From positions 1-36,429 of IMG/VR virus record IMGVR_UViG_3300042347_000737: a DNA stretch of 36,429 nucleotides; one strand, given 5' to 3'. The stretch comes from a virus (lineage: Duplodnaviria; Caudoviricetes). Below are positions 17,128-26,703 of the stretch, piece after piece (the stretch's first letter is position 1; each line of letters begins with the position of its first letter). The notes under the pieces are model-generated. The model was not told the origin of the DNA and did no database searches. It saw only the letters and a program-made list of their open reading frames with translations. Position numbers and translations under genes: made by a program.

Positions 17128-17705
17128 CGCTGCAAATCCTCATTCCGACCATGCCGTCCCGCGCGGCCATGTTGGATCGTTTGCTCAAAGCACTGCAACC
17201 GCAACTGGCCCAGCATCCGTCCGCCAGCTATTTGATCGACGCAGGCGAGGGGACCATCGGGGCAAAACGCCAGCGCATGATCGAGTCGGCCGAGGCGGAC
17301 TATATCGCGTTTGTCGATGATGACGACATGGTGTCAGCCGACTACTTGGACCGCATCGTGCCTTGCCTCGCGTCACGCCCCGATTGCGTAGGGATCACCA
17401 TGCACGTCACCATGGACGGCCAAGACTGGCACCCATCGCCTATCTTTCGCCACAGCCTGCGATTTAGAGAAAACTTTGTCTGGCACGGCCAAGACCGCAC
17501 GCCGCACCACCTTTGCCCGCTGCGCCGCACCATCGCCCTGCAAAGCCGTTTTCCCGATCTCATGTGGGGAGAGGATTTCCGCTTTGCCCTGGGGATTTTA
17601 CCGCACCTTAAAACAGAGGAATGGAGCGGGGACGAACCGGTCTATTTTTACGATTACGTGAGCAAAAAAGGTGACCCGACCTTTGACACTGGCCGGCCGA
17701 TATGA
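17121..17705 (+). CDS. Glycosyltransferase family 2
   Basis: ILIPT, GAKRQ, YIAFVDDDD and GED motifs. Confidence 0.88.
   Translation: MVTLQILIPTMPSRAAMLDRLLKALQPQLAQHPSASYLIDAGEGTIGAKRQRMIESAEADYIAFVDDDDMVSADYLDRIVPCLASRPDCVGITMHVTMDGQDWHPSPIFRHSLRFRENFVWHGQDRTPHHLCPLRRTIALQSRFPDLMWGEDFRFALGILPHLKTEEWSGDEPVYFYDYVSKKGDPTFDTGRPI
17682..17701 (+). promoter_or_regulatory. TTTGACA late motif, 13 nt before ATG 17702
   Basis: TTTGACActggccggccgatATG. Confidence 0.75.
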
Positions 17706-18049
17706 CCTCAGCTGCCGTTGCCGCATTTTGCCGCGACCACTTAGCCGCAAAACTGGCCGACATTTTCGGTTCAACCGTGGTCATTGACGGCCGCTCGTTT
17801 CGCGCGGTTGTCAGCACCGGCGAGCCGGAGCTTAACCTCGAGTCGGGCGGGTTTAGCCAGCCGGTGGAATTTGTCGTCCGCATTGCCAAGGCCGATGCCG
17901 CCGATGCGCCTTTCACCAACTGGAAACCATCCCCCCCGCAGACCAAAGGCGCTATCAGCATTGAAGGTCGCAACTACCGCATATTCTCCGTGCGTCAAAA
18001 CTTCACCCCCCTTGCCCAAGAGTGGATTTTGGAGGTCGGCACGCCATGA
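17702..18049 (+). CDS. Putative head-tail adaptor (FII-like)
   Basis: Size, position and beta-rich pattern ISIEGRNYRI. Confidence 0.55.
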   Translation: MTSAAVAAFCRDHLAAKLADIFGSTVVIDGRSFRAVVSTGEPELNLESGGFSQPVEFVVRIAKADAADAPFTNWKPSPPQTKGAISIEGRNYRIFSVRQNFTPLAQEWILEVGTP

Positions 18050-18471
18050 ACCCGCTGAACGTCGAAAAGTGCATGGCCGTCTATTTGCGCAGCGTCACCG
18101 GCATCGCCAACGTCATCCCGGTGCATGAGTCCATCACCGCCGACGACATCGACTTGGAAAAATCTGCCATCGTCGTTGAAGCCGAAAACACCGAGCACAC
18201 GAGCGGCAACCTTTATCTTTCCACCGTCAACGTCAGCCTGCGCAGTCCCGCGCTATCCGTCACCCAAGCCGACCACCTTTCCCGTTGGTCCTTGGTTGCC
18301 GGTGCGCTCAACAACCAATCGTCTATGGCCTCGAGCTTCACCTCGACCATCAGCACCGGGGCGCTGGGCATCACTTTTAACGGGCGCTACGTGCGCTCCA
18401 TCAGCACTTCCACTAGCGACCGGTCGTGGATAAACGCGGCCGAGGTCGCCGTGGGCATCGGCACGATTTGA
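18046..18471 (+). CDS. Putative tail completion/terminator protein
   Basis: Position before tube-like genes; ATGA coupling. Confidence 0.5.
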   Translation: MNPLNVEKCMAVYLRSVTGIANVIPVHESITADDIDLEKSAIVVEAENTEHTSGNLYLSTVNVSLRSPALSVTQADHLSRWSLVAGALNNQSSMASSFTSTISTGALGITFNGRYVRSISTSTSDRSWINAAEVAVGIGTI

Positions 18472-18487
18472 CACGCTCCTTAAGCGT
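18467..18487 (+). promoter_or_regulatory. TTTGACA late motif, 14 nt before ATG 18488
   Basis: TTTGACAcgctccttaagcgtATG; contains the upstream stop codon. Confidence 0.75.
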
Positions 18488-18799
18488 ATGCCCTCCATCG
18501 GTATCACTTTAACCGACATTGCCGAGCCGTCGAACTCCACGACTGAGGAGTTCAGCAAAGAGCAAAGCGTTCAGATCGTCACCCTGCGCGACAAAACCGG
18601 CGTGACCAAACACGCGACGCCACTTGGCTACGGCACCACGACTTTTACCCGTCGCGGACGCGGAGCCGCCAGCCTCTCTGACGTGACAGCGGGAGCCATC
18701 TCCGAAGGCACGGCCAAAATCTTGTCGGTACGCAATACGCAAACCGCCGACGATTTTCCCAGCTACGAAATCACCTCAACTCAGAAAGACGACCTCTAA
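18488..18799 (+). CDS. Small tail-tube-like protein, paralog 1
   Basis: Thr/Ser-rich beta protein; similar to the next ORF (GRG, QT..D[FY]P). Confidence 0.5.
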   Translation: MPSIGITLTDIAEPSNSTTEEFSKEQSVQIVTLRDKTGVTKHATPLGYGTTTFTRRGRGAASLSDVTAGAISEGTAKILSVRNTQTADDFPSYEITSTQKDDL

Positions 18800-18802
18800 G
18801 CC

Positions 18803-19123
18803 ATGCCCTCCACCGTTGCAGACATCGGCGTCACCGCCTATTCGGACAACCTCACGCAAAGCGTCGAGATCAGCAAGTCTCTTGAAGAGCTGGATATTGC
18901 CGAAAAAGACGGCACCTATGGGCAGGGCAAAGCCTTCGACCCGACCTTTGAGGTGTCCGTCAGCGGTCGCGGCGACCTGCCCGCGCTCACGCTGGGCGGC
19001 ACGGCCAGCATTTCCGGTGTTTCCGGTGGCGTCTCCATCATCACAAACATTTCGCAAACCGAGCGCAACGAGGACTACCCCGACTGGTCATTTACCATGC
19101 GCAACTTCCCCGGCGCTTCCTAA
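18803..19123 (+). CDS. Small tail-tube-like protein, paralog 2
   Basis: Same frame as the previous ORF; upstream of chaperone and tape measure. Confidence 0.5.
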   Translation: MPSTVADIGVTAYSDNLTQSVEISKSLEELDIAEKDGTYGQGKAFDPTFEVSVSGRGDLPALTLGGTASISGVSGGVSIITNISQTERNEDYPDWSFTMRNFPGAS

Positions 19124-19129
19124 GTTTTC

Positions 19130-19573
19130 ATGCAAATTCGAGTGGTGAAATCGCGGGCCGACAACCCGCTCGCAAGCCTTGAAGCGGCCGCAGCCATTGC
19201 CGCCTTGACCTTTGGCTACAAGCTCATTCCCAAGGACGAGGCGAAAAACTTTGAAGATTACGTCGAAGAAACCGCAGGAGGCGCATACCGCGAGACCCTT
19301 TGGGTTTTCAATGATCTGAGCACGGCCAACATTGCCGGCGAGAATGTCGCACTCAAAGACTTCCTGCAGCGTTTTAACGACTTGAAATGGTGCGACGAGC
19401 ATGCCGATTCGCCCATCGCCAACCTGCGTCACCACCACGAGAACGTCAGCTTGTGGCGGGAGCATTTTCGCAAAAACAAGCCGATGATCATGATGCGCAA
19501 AGGGCAGCGCGTTTTAAAAATGCGCTCCAATGCCACACCCGAGGAAAAAGCAAAATGGCTAAAACTACTCTAA
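19130..19573 (+). CDS. Hypothetical protein in the tail module
   Basis: Fills the gap between neighbouring genes with a plausible composition. Confidence 0.7.
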   Translation: MQIRVVKSRADNPLASLEAAAAIAALTFGYKLIPKDEAKNFEDYVEETAGGAYRETLWVFNDLSTANIAGENVALKDFLQRFNDLKWCDEHADSPIANLRHHHENVSLWREHFRKNKPMIMMRKGQRVLKMRSNATPEEKAKWLKLL

Positions 19574-19971
19574 CCGAAGATGCTTTTATCGAGCCCCGCC
19601 TCAAAGAAATCGGCGACTTCAAGCTGCGCCCCTTCACCGTCGGCAGCTTGCCGCTGTGCAAAAAGCTGGGCCTCACGCAATTTACCGGCGAGGCGCCCGC
19701 GCAGCCCATCGACCAGATCGAGCAAATGCGTCAGGTGTCCGGTTTTCTTTGGGCGCACTGCGAGCCCATCGACCGCATCCTGCAAGTCATCCGCGACCCG
19801 CAGAAGATCGAAGACGAGTTGCTGCGCTACCAGCTTTCCATCCCGCTCAATATCCTGCCGGAAGTCATGGCCGAGATTCAACGCGTCAGCGATATGGCGG
19901 CCGCCGCGCAAGTCGAGATCGTCGAGAAGCCCAGCAGCGGGCAACGCCAGGAATCGCCGCCGGGAAACTAA
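19555..19971 (+). CDS. Tail assembly chaperone (gpG-like)
   Basis: Ends at the slippery G GGA AAC followed by TAA; upstream of the tape measure gene. Confidence 0.75.
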   Translation: MAKTTLTEDAFIEPRLKEIGDFKLRPFTVGSLPLCKKLGLTQFTGEAPAQPIDQIEQMRQVSGFLWAHCEPIDRILQVIRDPQKIEDELLRYQLSIPLNILPEVMAEIQRVSDMAAAAQVEIVEKPSSGQRQESPPGN

Positions 19972-20198
19972 TTGAGCCAGCGTGGATCGCAACCTTTGCC
20001 TTCACGCTGGCGCGAGAAACCGGCTGGCCCGAGCATTACATTCTCTGGGAACTCCCGCTGGCGCGCCTCCTGCAATACCAACACTGCGCTTTGCGCGCCA
20101 ACGATGTCTGGACCGTACCACCCGGTCCGCCGTCTGCTGAAAACTCTGCGGCCTTCGATCGCCTCGCAGCTTTGACAGAGCGCTTTGAGACAGAATGA
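19962..20198 (+). CDS. -1 frameshift extension of the tail chaperone (gpGT-like)
   Basis: GGGAAAC at 19962-19968; -1 frame open: KLIEPAWIATFAFTLARETGWPEHYILWELPL... Confidence 0.75.
   Translation, partial: GKLIEPAWIATFAFTLARETGWPEHYILWELPLARLLQYQHCALRANDVWTVPPGPPSAENSAAFDRLAALTERFETE
20171..20194 (+). promoter_or_regulatory. TTTGACA late motif, 17 nt before ATG 20195
   Basis: TTTGACAgagcgctttgagacagaATG. Confidence 0.55.
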
Positions 20199-20872
20199 AA
20201 GCGACTTTTGACGTAGATGACGCCGAATTTCAGCAAGCGCTGAAAGCGTTTTTTGCGACGAGTCGCAAGTCCGTTGCTAACAACTTAAAAGACGAGGGAA
20301 AGCGATTGGTCAAAGCCATTGTCCAGCTTACCCCTCCGAACAAAGAGAAAGAAAACAAAAAGGGCGAGATCAATCCGACATACAATCTGTCTGGTGGCAA
20401 AAAAACCGTCGCAAACGATTTGGCAAAAATTTTTCGTCAAAGCAAAAGAGGAACTGCTAAACCGGAAACATTTCACAAAAGGTTTCGAGACAAGCGAGGA
20501 CGAGTAAGGTTTAACCTAAACAAGGGTAAGACCGATAGACGAATCAGAATTGCCACCTTGGCCGAATATAAAAAGAAAATGCAAGCGCGCGTCGGCTATA
20601 TGGCGGCGGGCTGGAAAGCCGCCGCAGCTTCACTCGGAATCAACCTTCCTGTCTGGATTTCTAAACACAGCGCGGCAGGAAAGGGGCGCGTATTGCTTAA
20701 CGGAGAAAAACTGACAATCGAGCTTTCCAACAACGTGGTTTATCCCGGCGCAAGGTTTTTGGTCGAAAGGCGCGTAGACGACGCGCTTCGGTATCGCGCC
20801 AGAACAATGATGAGTCGCGTCAATTTTCTTATACACAAGGCCGCAAAGGGCGCAGGATTTGAAGCAACTTAG
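20195..20872 (+). CDS. Basic neck/tail-completion-like protein
   Basis: Lys/Arg-rich; N-terminus resembles HK97 gp10-like proteins; tail module position. Confidence 0.5.
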   Translation: MKATFDVDDAEFQQALKAFFATSRKSVANNLKDEGKRLVKAIVQLTPPNKEKENKKGEINPTYNLSGGKKTVANDLAKIFRQSKRGTAKPETFHKRFRDKRGRVRFNLNKGKTDRRIRIATLAEYKKKMQARVGYMAAGWKAAAASLGINLPVWISKHSAAGKGRVLLNGEKLTIELSNNVVYPGARFLVERRVDDALRYRARTMMSRVNFLIHKAAKGAGFEAT

Positions 20873-20874
20873 TC

Positions 20875-22476
20875 ATGGCATCCGTAACCTCAAAACTGGT
20901 CTTAGACGCTTCTGGATTTACCAGAGGAATAAAGACGGCTCAAGGTAGTCTTTCCAAGTTCAAGGCATCTGCTGGCCCTGCCGTCATGGCGGGCATTGCC
21001 GCAGGCTTTGCCGCAGCAGCCGCAGCCGCCGCAGGGCTCGCCGTAGGGGTCAAGGGCGCTCTGGACCTCGGCGGGGCGCTCTCCGACCTCTCCACGCGCA
21101 CAGGCGTGGCCGCTGGCGAGCTTCGCATCCTGCAAGAAGCCTTTGCCCGAAACGGACTGTCTGCCGAGCAAGTCGGGCCAGCGATCAACAAAATGCAGCG
21201 AGCCTTGGTTGAGGCGGGAGAAAAGGGCGGCGAGACCGCGCGCGTTTTCGACACCCTTGGGCTTAACTTAAACAGCCTGCGCGGCATGGATGCCTCCTCG
21301 CAGTTTTCGGCCATCGGAGACGCCATCAACGCCTTGCCCGATCCCGCCGCGCGAGCCGCCGCCGCCATGCAGCTCTTCGGGCGCTCGGGTGGCGAGATGC
21401 TCACCCTCTTTGCCAACTCGGGCGCAATGGCAGAAGCTGCCCGCAGCGTGGGCGATCAGGCCGACATCCTGACCCGCAACGCTAACTTGTTCGACCAAGC
21501 CTCCGACATCCTCGGCAGTGTGGCCACCAAGATGCAGGGCTTTTTCGTCGGCGTGGCCGACACGCTGGTCCCCGCGCTCATGCCGCTCCTCGAGGCGGCC
21601 GATGGCATCGACCTTTCCGGTCTCGGTCAAGACCTGGGCAACGCCATCGCCTTTGGTCTTACCATCATCACATCGGGAAACTTGGGCAACATGCTCACAG
21701 CGCAACTCAAGCTATCCGGCGCTCAGTTTGTTAATTTGCTTGTGACAGGAATGAAAGGCGCTGTTGCGTTTTTGGGTCAACGCTTTGTTGATATTGCAGG
21801 CGATTTTTCAACGGTCATGGCAGAAATGGCTACGCCTGATTTTTGGAAAGGTATAGACACAGCTTTTAAGATTGCATCTTATCGTTTAGGTGCAGCTTTA
21901 GATCGTATTTTAGCGAATATAAACGATGCGTTAAGCGTGGTTCCGGGGGTTGGTATAGGACGCGCAAATCGAGCAAGCACTTTGAGGCAAGGTGCGTCCA
22001 CCTACGAAAGAAATGCAGACATCTTGGAGGAAATGCTTGGTGAAAATAAGTCGATAGCAAGGATCAAAGATCGTCTATCACAGTCTTTAGACAACGCCGT
22101 CAATGCCGCTGCGATTGCTATGGAGTCGGCAGGCGAGGCTATCGACACCACCGAACTGCAAGCCGCCCGCGATGGTTTGATCGGCGAAATCACCACGCAG
22201 ATGGAAGCCAACCGCGAAGCGGCCCGCGCGCGCTTTGAGGCGACCAAGACACAGACACCGCTCATGGAAGACCTCGAGGCATCGGCCGGCAAGAGCAACA
22301 CGGGCATCATCGCCCAGAGCTTGCAAAAAGTCGGTGGCGGCGCGGCCTTTGCCCGTTTCTCCGACGCGGCGAATCCTGCTGCGCAAGCCGTGCGCGAGCA
22401 GCAAAAGACCAACAACATTTTGTCACGCATCGAAAACAAACTCGCGCCGCAGCAAATGGCGCTCATGCCCGCTTAA
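20875..22476 (+). CDS. Tape measure protein
   Basis: LVLDASGF N-terminus, LSDLSTRTG, AMQLFGRSG; Ala-rich helical; follows the frameshift chaperone. Confidence 0.88.
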   Translation: MASVTSKLVLDASGFTRGIKTAQGSLSKFKASAGPAVMAGIAAGFAAAAAAAAGLAVGVKGALDLGGALSDLSTRTGVAAGELRILQEAFARNGLSAEQVGPAINKMQRALVEAGEKGGETARVFDTLGLNLNSLRGMDASSQFSAIGDAINALPDPAARAAAAMQLFGRSGGEMLTLFANSGAMAEAARSVGDQADILTRNANLFDQASDILGSVATKMQGFFVGVADTLVPALMPLLEAADGIDLSGLGQDLGNAIAFGLTIITSGNLGNMLTAQLKLSGAQFVNLLVTGMKGAVAFLGQRFVDIAGDFSTVMAEMATPDFWKGIDTAFKIASYRLGAALDRILANINDALSVVPGVGIGRANRASTLRQGASTYERNADILEEMLGENKSIARIKDRLSQSLDNAVNAAAIAMESAGEAIDTTELQAARDGLIGEITTQMEANREAARARFEATKTQTPLMEDLEASAGKSNTGIIAQSLQKVGGGAAFARFSDAANPAAQAVREQQKTNNILSRIENKLAPQQMALMPA

Positions 22477-22479
22477 GCT

Positions 22480-23172
22480 ATGGCCTCAATACTCACCGCA
22501 GGATCACGCACCACGATCACCCCGGAAGGCCGGAAGATCGTGCAAATCCCCGTCAGCACGACTGGAGTCGACGAAGCCGCCTCTGCCCCGACCGCGCCCA
22601 GCGGAACAAGGCTGGTGTCCTACGAATATACGATTCGCGCCGACGGCGGCCGCGACTACAACTTCATTTTTGAATCCAACGGCAGCACACCCGGCGATTC
22701 ACAAATACAAATCAATGGCACCGCCGCGCAGGAACCGATTGAGACGCACCCGAAATTCAACGGACAAGAAGGTTTTGGCACGGTAAACGACGCAGACCTT
22801 GCCGCCATCCGCAAAGCATTGAGCGACGGTGGCACGCCAGTATTTACTGGGACCGGCATAAACAAAACAGCAGCAGAGAACCTTTATTCTCTCATGCTCA
22901 AGGGCGTCACGCATTACTACACCCCAAGCGGCATCACTTATTCCGAGACGTTCGACGAAACAACCAAGCCCGACCTAAATGAGCTTTGCACCGTCGACCG
23001 TCCTCCGACGGACGCACCACGCATCCCTTCGGGGTCAAATTGGCTGCTCATTGGCGTCCGATCGAACAAAGTTTACAGTCCCGATACCGGAACGTCCTTT
23101 TGGCGTGTCACCCGTGAATGGCTGGCCAGCGGCCCGCGTGGATGGAACGCAGACTTTGAAATTTACACCTGA
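22480..23172 (+). CDS. Tail protein (distal tail/baseplate region)
   Basis: Immediately after the TMP; contains EPIETHPKF. Confidence 0.55.
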   Translation: MASILTAGSRTTITPEGRKIVQIPVSTTGVDEAASAPTAPSGTRLVSYEYTIRADGGRDYNFIFESNGSTPGDSQIQINGTAAQEPIETHPKFNGQEGFGTVNDADLAAIRKALSDGGTPVFTGTGINKTAAENLYSLMLKGVTHYYTPSGITYSETFDETTKPDLNELCTVDRPPTDAPRIPSGSNWLLIGVRSNKVYSPDTGTSFWRVTREWLASGPRGWNADFEIYT

Positions 23173-23177
23173 CAACC

Positions 23178-23786
23178 ATGCGTCACGGCATCCCAGAGTT
23201 TCGCCCCCGCCAGCCGCTTGATCGTCAATTAACGGCCGCCACGCTAAACGATATACGCAAGGAGTTGGAATCTTTGCGCATCACGCGCGTCGTCAACGGG
23301 ACCGTGCGCAAATTGCCCGGCGGCACGGAAATTACCGTGCCACCACAGCGCGGCGGCGCGCAACCTGTGGCAAAACAGCCGTGGGACATTACCGCTACGC
23401 TTAACCCAGACAATGAAAGTCAATACATCCTGCGGGTGCAGGCTGGCACTCTCAGCGGGGTTTTGCCGACGAATTGGGACGACGAGTTCACCGTGGCGGC
23501 GACTGGCTTGCACTACGCGAAGGCCGTGGTGGCGACGGATGGGCGGGAAATCACCAGCGTCACCATCGAGATCGACACGACTGCTCCGGTGTCGCAAACG
23601 CCGACGCTCTTTGCCGTCGAAAGCAACATCGATGTTTTGTTTGGCATGTTCATCGAGGGGCAGGCCGTCCGCACTATCGCGGCGGGCAACATCGAGCGCA
23701 CGCCGCGCGTCTGGTTTTCTGAGCCTCGGCAGGACTCGCTGCCGGGTGAATCGCAATTCAACGACTACTTTGTCCTGGCGCCATGA
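23178..23786 (+). CDS. Putative tail protein
   Basis: Tail module position; LTAATLN motif; beta-rich. Confidence 0.5.
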   Translation: MRHGIPEFRPRQPLDRQLTAATLNDIRKELESLRITRVVNGTVRKLPGGTEITVPPQRGGAQPVAKQPWDITATLNPDNESQYILRVQAGTLSGVLPTNWDDEFTVAATGLHYAKAVVATDGREITSVTIEIDTTAPVSQTPTLFAVESNIDVLFGMFIEGQAVRTIAAGNIERTPRVWFSEPRQDSLPGESQFNDYFVLAP

Positions 23787-25612
23787 TCTCATGGACCGTG
23801 CCTACGACGGTAGCCGTGACCACTTCACGCAACTTATTCACTCGGTCGTTTAGCAGCGCATCTACGTCCTCCTCTACGGCTTCGCAAACATTTGGTTCGG
23901 GTGGTTCGTCATCTTCGTCGGGTTCGACGACTTTCTCCTATACATCCTCGAGCGCCTCGACCGAGGAGATGCACAGCACGCATTATTTGCGGTCGACCTC
24001 CAGCGCAGAAGGGACTGTCTCCGTCAGCGGCAGCACGACATCAGCGCGCTTCACCCAAGCGCTGTCTGCACTCACAACCACCAACCAAACCGCAACGGTT
24101 AACGTGCTTTATGGCTCGTTTATGTCGAGCACGGCGTATCCCAGCATAGATTACAGCGACACGGATTATATCGACTTTGCCGACCTGTATGATGAGAACC
24201 TCAACTTCAACTTTCCGCCGGTCCATGCAACCTTGGGCTTGACCGTCACCACGGCCACCACCACCGCCGCGTCGGGAACGTCCACGTTCTACCGGTCCAC
24301 CACCGCAACCAGTTTGTTGACTTATTGGTTCTTCTCGACCGGCACGCTCACACGACCCGAAATCGGCGTGGTCAGCACCGGCACGCACACGGCTATGGCC
24401 GCCGCGACGATCTATCAAGCGGGCGGGCCATTCGGAGCCGGAATCTACAACAACCAGACGGCACGCCACGAGGCGCTTTACGAGATCACCAGCCCGCAAA
24501 CATTTTACAGCGCGCCGGTGGACGCGCGATCGCTGGCGCAAACGGCAACCCGCATCACCGTCTATCCTACTGCGACAATCGAAGAAGCCATCGTCACGAC
24601 CACGACGGCCGCATGGTCAACAACGCTTGGGTCATTCAGCACTTCCATAACGCAAGCCTTGAGCGGCACGACAAATTTCACCTTTTCCAAAAGAGGCGCA
24701 TTGAGCCAGTCATCTTCTGCCAGCGATACCAGCTGGATCACGGCGACGAGCACAAGGTCAGTCACGGCCAACTGGTCAGTCACCGCATCGTCTTCCGGCT
24801 CTTCGACCGCATCTTCTACGCTTAACAGCAGCAACAGCAGCGCAACCTATAGCGGCGAAACTTTGCGAACGACCAGCACACAAGGTGCATCGGGGCAAAC
24901 CGTCATTCGCAACACCGCGCTGGCCACAGAGTTGCCAGTTTTGATTTACCCAACGAGTTACGCAGGCGCAGAAGGCACTTATTACGGAACTCGCAGGATT
25001 ACCTACGGCAAAAGCGGCTGGGCGGTCAACGGCTCGGTAGGGCGCACTTACACAGCTCCCTCCACGGGGCCATCGTCCGCCTTCATCGGCCTTTTTTTCA
25101 GCGCAAGCAGCACGGCCGGCATAAAAGTTGTGCTCGACCAAGCGGACAGCCGTTTCACCATTCGCGGTAACTCACACACCACCACCGCGACTACGCTTTC
25201 GGGCAGCGTGCCGACGACCACCACGCGCACCGCGCCGCCCGGTGTGACCTACGCCACGAGCGCCACAACTTCCAGTTACCCAATCGGCGTGAGCGGGTCG
25301 CTTTCTACGTTTTCCGTAAATGACATATTTCAAGAAGTGGGCGGTCTACCATCGCGCATCCGTCATTTTGGCGGCGGGCCGTTTGCCGAAAATTGGACAG
25401 TTATCGAGGAGCCGTTGCCCGCTGCCGCTTACAGCGACATGATAAACGACACGACCGCCAGTTTCCTTGGTCACGACACGTCATATAGCGGCGAGCAAAC
25501 CGCGCCGCTGAGTCGTTTTACGGCCGTCCCCTATTTGCGCGCAGGCGGCAATCAAACTTTTGGAACCACCGCAGACCGCATTGTGTGGTCCGAACGCCGC
25601 AACGAGCTTTGA
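23783..25612 (+). CDS. Extremely Ser/Thr-rich 609-aa putative virion protein
   Basis: Long S/T runs (SSSASTSSST, TTATTTAAS, VTTTTAAWST); very few Lys; ATGA coupling. Confidence 0.7.
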   Translation: MISWTVPTTVAVTTSRNLFTRSFSSASTSSSTASQTFGSGGSSSSSGSTTFSYTSSSASTEEMHSTHYLRSTSSAEGTVSVSGSTTSARFTQALSALTTTNQTATVNVLYGSFMSSTAYPSIDYSDTDYIDFADLYDENLNFNFPPVHATLGLTVTTATTTAASGTSTFYRSTTATSLLTYWFFSTGTLTRPEIGVVSTGTHTAMAAATIYQAGGPFGAGIYNNQTARHEALYEITSPQTFYSAPVDARSLAQTATRITVYPTATIEEAIVTTTTAAWSTTLGSFSTSITQALSGTTNFTFSKRGALSQSSSASDTSWITATSTRSVTANWSVTASSSGSSTASSTLNSSNSSATYSGETLRTTSTQGASGQTVIRNTALATELPVLIYPTSYAGAEGTYYGTRRITYGKSGWAVNGSVGRTYTAPSTGPSSAFIGLFFSASSTAGIKVVLDQADSRFTIRGNSHTTTATTLSGSVPTTTTRTAPPGVTYATSATTSSYPIGVSGSLSTFSVNDIFQEVGGLPSRIRHFGGGPFAENWTVIEEPLPAAAYSDMINDTTASFLGHDTSYSGEQTAPLSRFTAVPYLRAGGNQTFGTTADRIVWSERRNEL

Positions 25613-25630
25613 CATCTGCCGCGCGGCTGA
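25608..25630 (+). promoter_or_regulatory. TTTGACA late motif, 16 nt before GTG 25631
   Basis: TTTGACAtctgccgcgcggctgaGTG; contains the upstream stop codon. Confidence 0.6.
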
Positions 25631-26671
25631 GTGCTGGCGATAGCTACATACGCAACCAAGGCTTATTTTCATTGTTGGCCGCAGTTTTTGCGCCGCATTG
25701 CCGCTGCCGCCGGACACCACGCCGAGGCGCACTTCATTCTCGCCACGGACCAGAGCAAGGAAGCAAAAGAGGCCATCGAGGCGGCGCGGGTGGAGCTGCC
25801 GGAGGGCTGGCGCATCCAAGCCGTGCAGCTACCGCTCGAGGACGGCGGGCCGGAGGGCAAAGATTACAAAGAGCCCGCGCAAATGCGCATCGCCGCGTTG
25901 CAGGGTGCGGCCTTTGCCGCTGCGCGAAAGATTCGTGCCAGCATGCTGTGGTCGGTCGAGTCCGACACGCTTGTCCCGGCCGACGCTCTGCGCGTGGCGG
26001 AGTGGACCTTGCAAATGCCGACGGAGGACGGTTCACCCTACTACGACATCGCGGCCGTCACGTATCCGAACGGTCTTTTCTTGGGCGGCTTTGGCACCCC
26101 GCAGAATCCCATTGCCGAGGACTTCACCGAAAAGGAACGCAAGCTGCCGCCGCGTCTTGTCCGTGCCTTGGCCGCTTGCCGCGCGCGGCTCAAAGACTGC
26201 ACCGACCCGCAGATCAGCGAGCGCGAAGGCAAACGCCTGCACCGACTGCATGAGCGCGTGAAACGCTGCCCGCCGGAGGGCAACGTGTGGGAGGTCACGG
26301 CTAAGCACGGCTGGCGTCGTCGCGGTTGGATGGACTTTGCCTATCCCGGCATCGGTCGCGGGGCCATCGTGCCGTCGGATTGGTGCGGGCTCGGCTGCAC
26401 GCTGCTTTCCGCCCGCGCGCTGGCTTTGGCCACCTTCGAGGGCTACGACGGTCGCGGCACGCAAGACCTCTTTTTGTGCTGGCACCGCTGGCACCCCGCC
26501 GGGCTACGCATCGCCGCTATACCGCACACGGCTGCCGACCACGTGAAACACCGGCCAAAAGACGCACCCGCCGATGCTCCGCCGGTGATCCATTATCGCG
26601 CGTTCCATGAGACCGAGGGCGAGTATCGCGGCCACCTCCGCGTGCGGCAGCAACCTTGGATGCCGGTGTAG
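25631..26671 (+). CDS. Putative glycosyltransferase (GT-A fold)
   Basis: LWSVESDTLVP (DxD variant), DWCGLGCTLLS, GTQDLF and a distal His. Confidence 0.65.
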   Translation: MLAIATYATKAYFHCWPQFLRRIAAAAGHHAEAHFILATDQSKEAKEAIEAARVELPEGWRIQAVQLPLEDGGPEGKDYKEPAQMRIAALQGAAFAAARKIRASMLWSVESDTLVPADALRVAEWTLQMPTEDGSPYYDIAAVTYPNGLFLGGFGTPQNPIAEDFTEKERKLPPRLVRALAACRARLKDCTDPQISEREGKRLHRLHERVKRCPPEGNVWEVTAKHGWRRRGWMDFAYPGIGRGAIVPSDWCGLGCTLLSARALALATFEGYDGRGTQDLFLCWHRWHPAGLRIAAIPHTAADHVKHRPKDAPADAPPVIHYRAFHETEGEYRGHLRVRQQPWMPV

Positions 26672-26680
26672 CCTCGCATG

Positions 26681-26703
26681 TTTGACATGGCGGCAAAGTC
26701 ATC
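26681..26703 (+). promoter_or_regulatory. TTTGACA late motif, 16 nt before ATG 26704
   Basis: TTTGACAtggcggcaaagtcatcATG. Confidence 0.65.
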
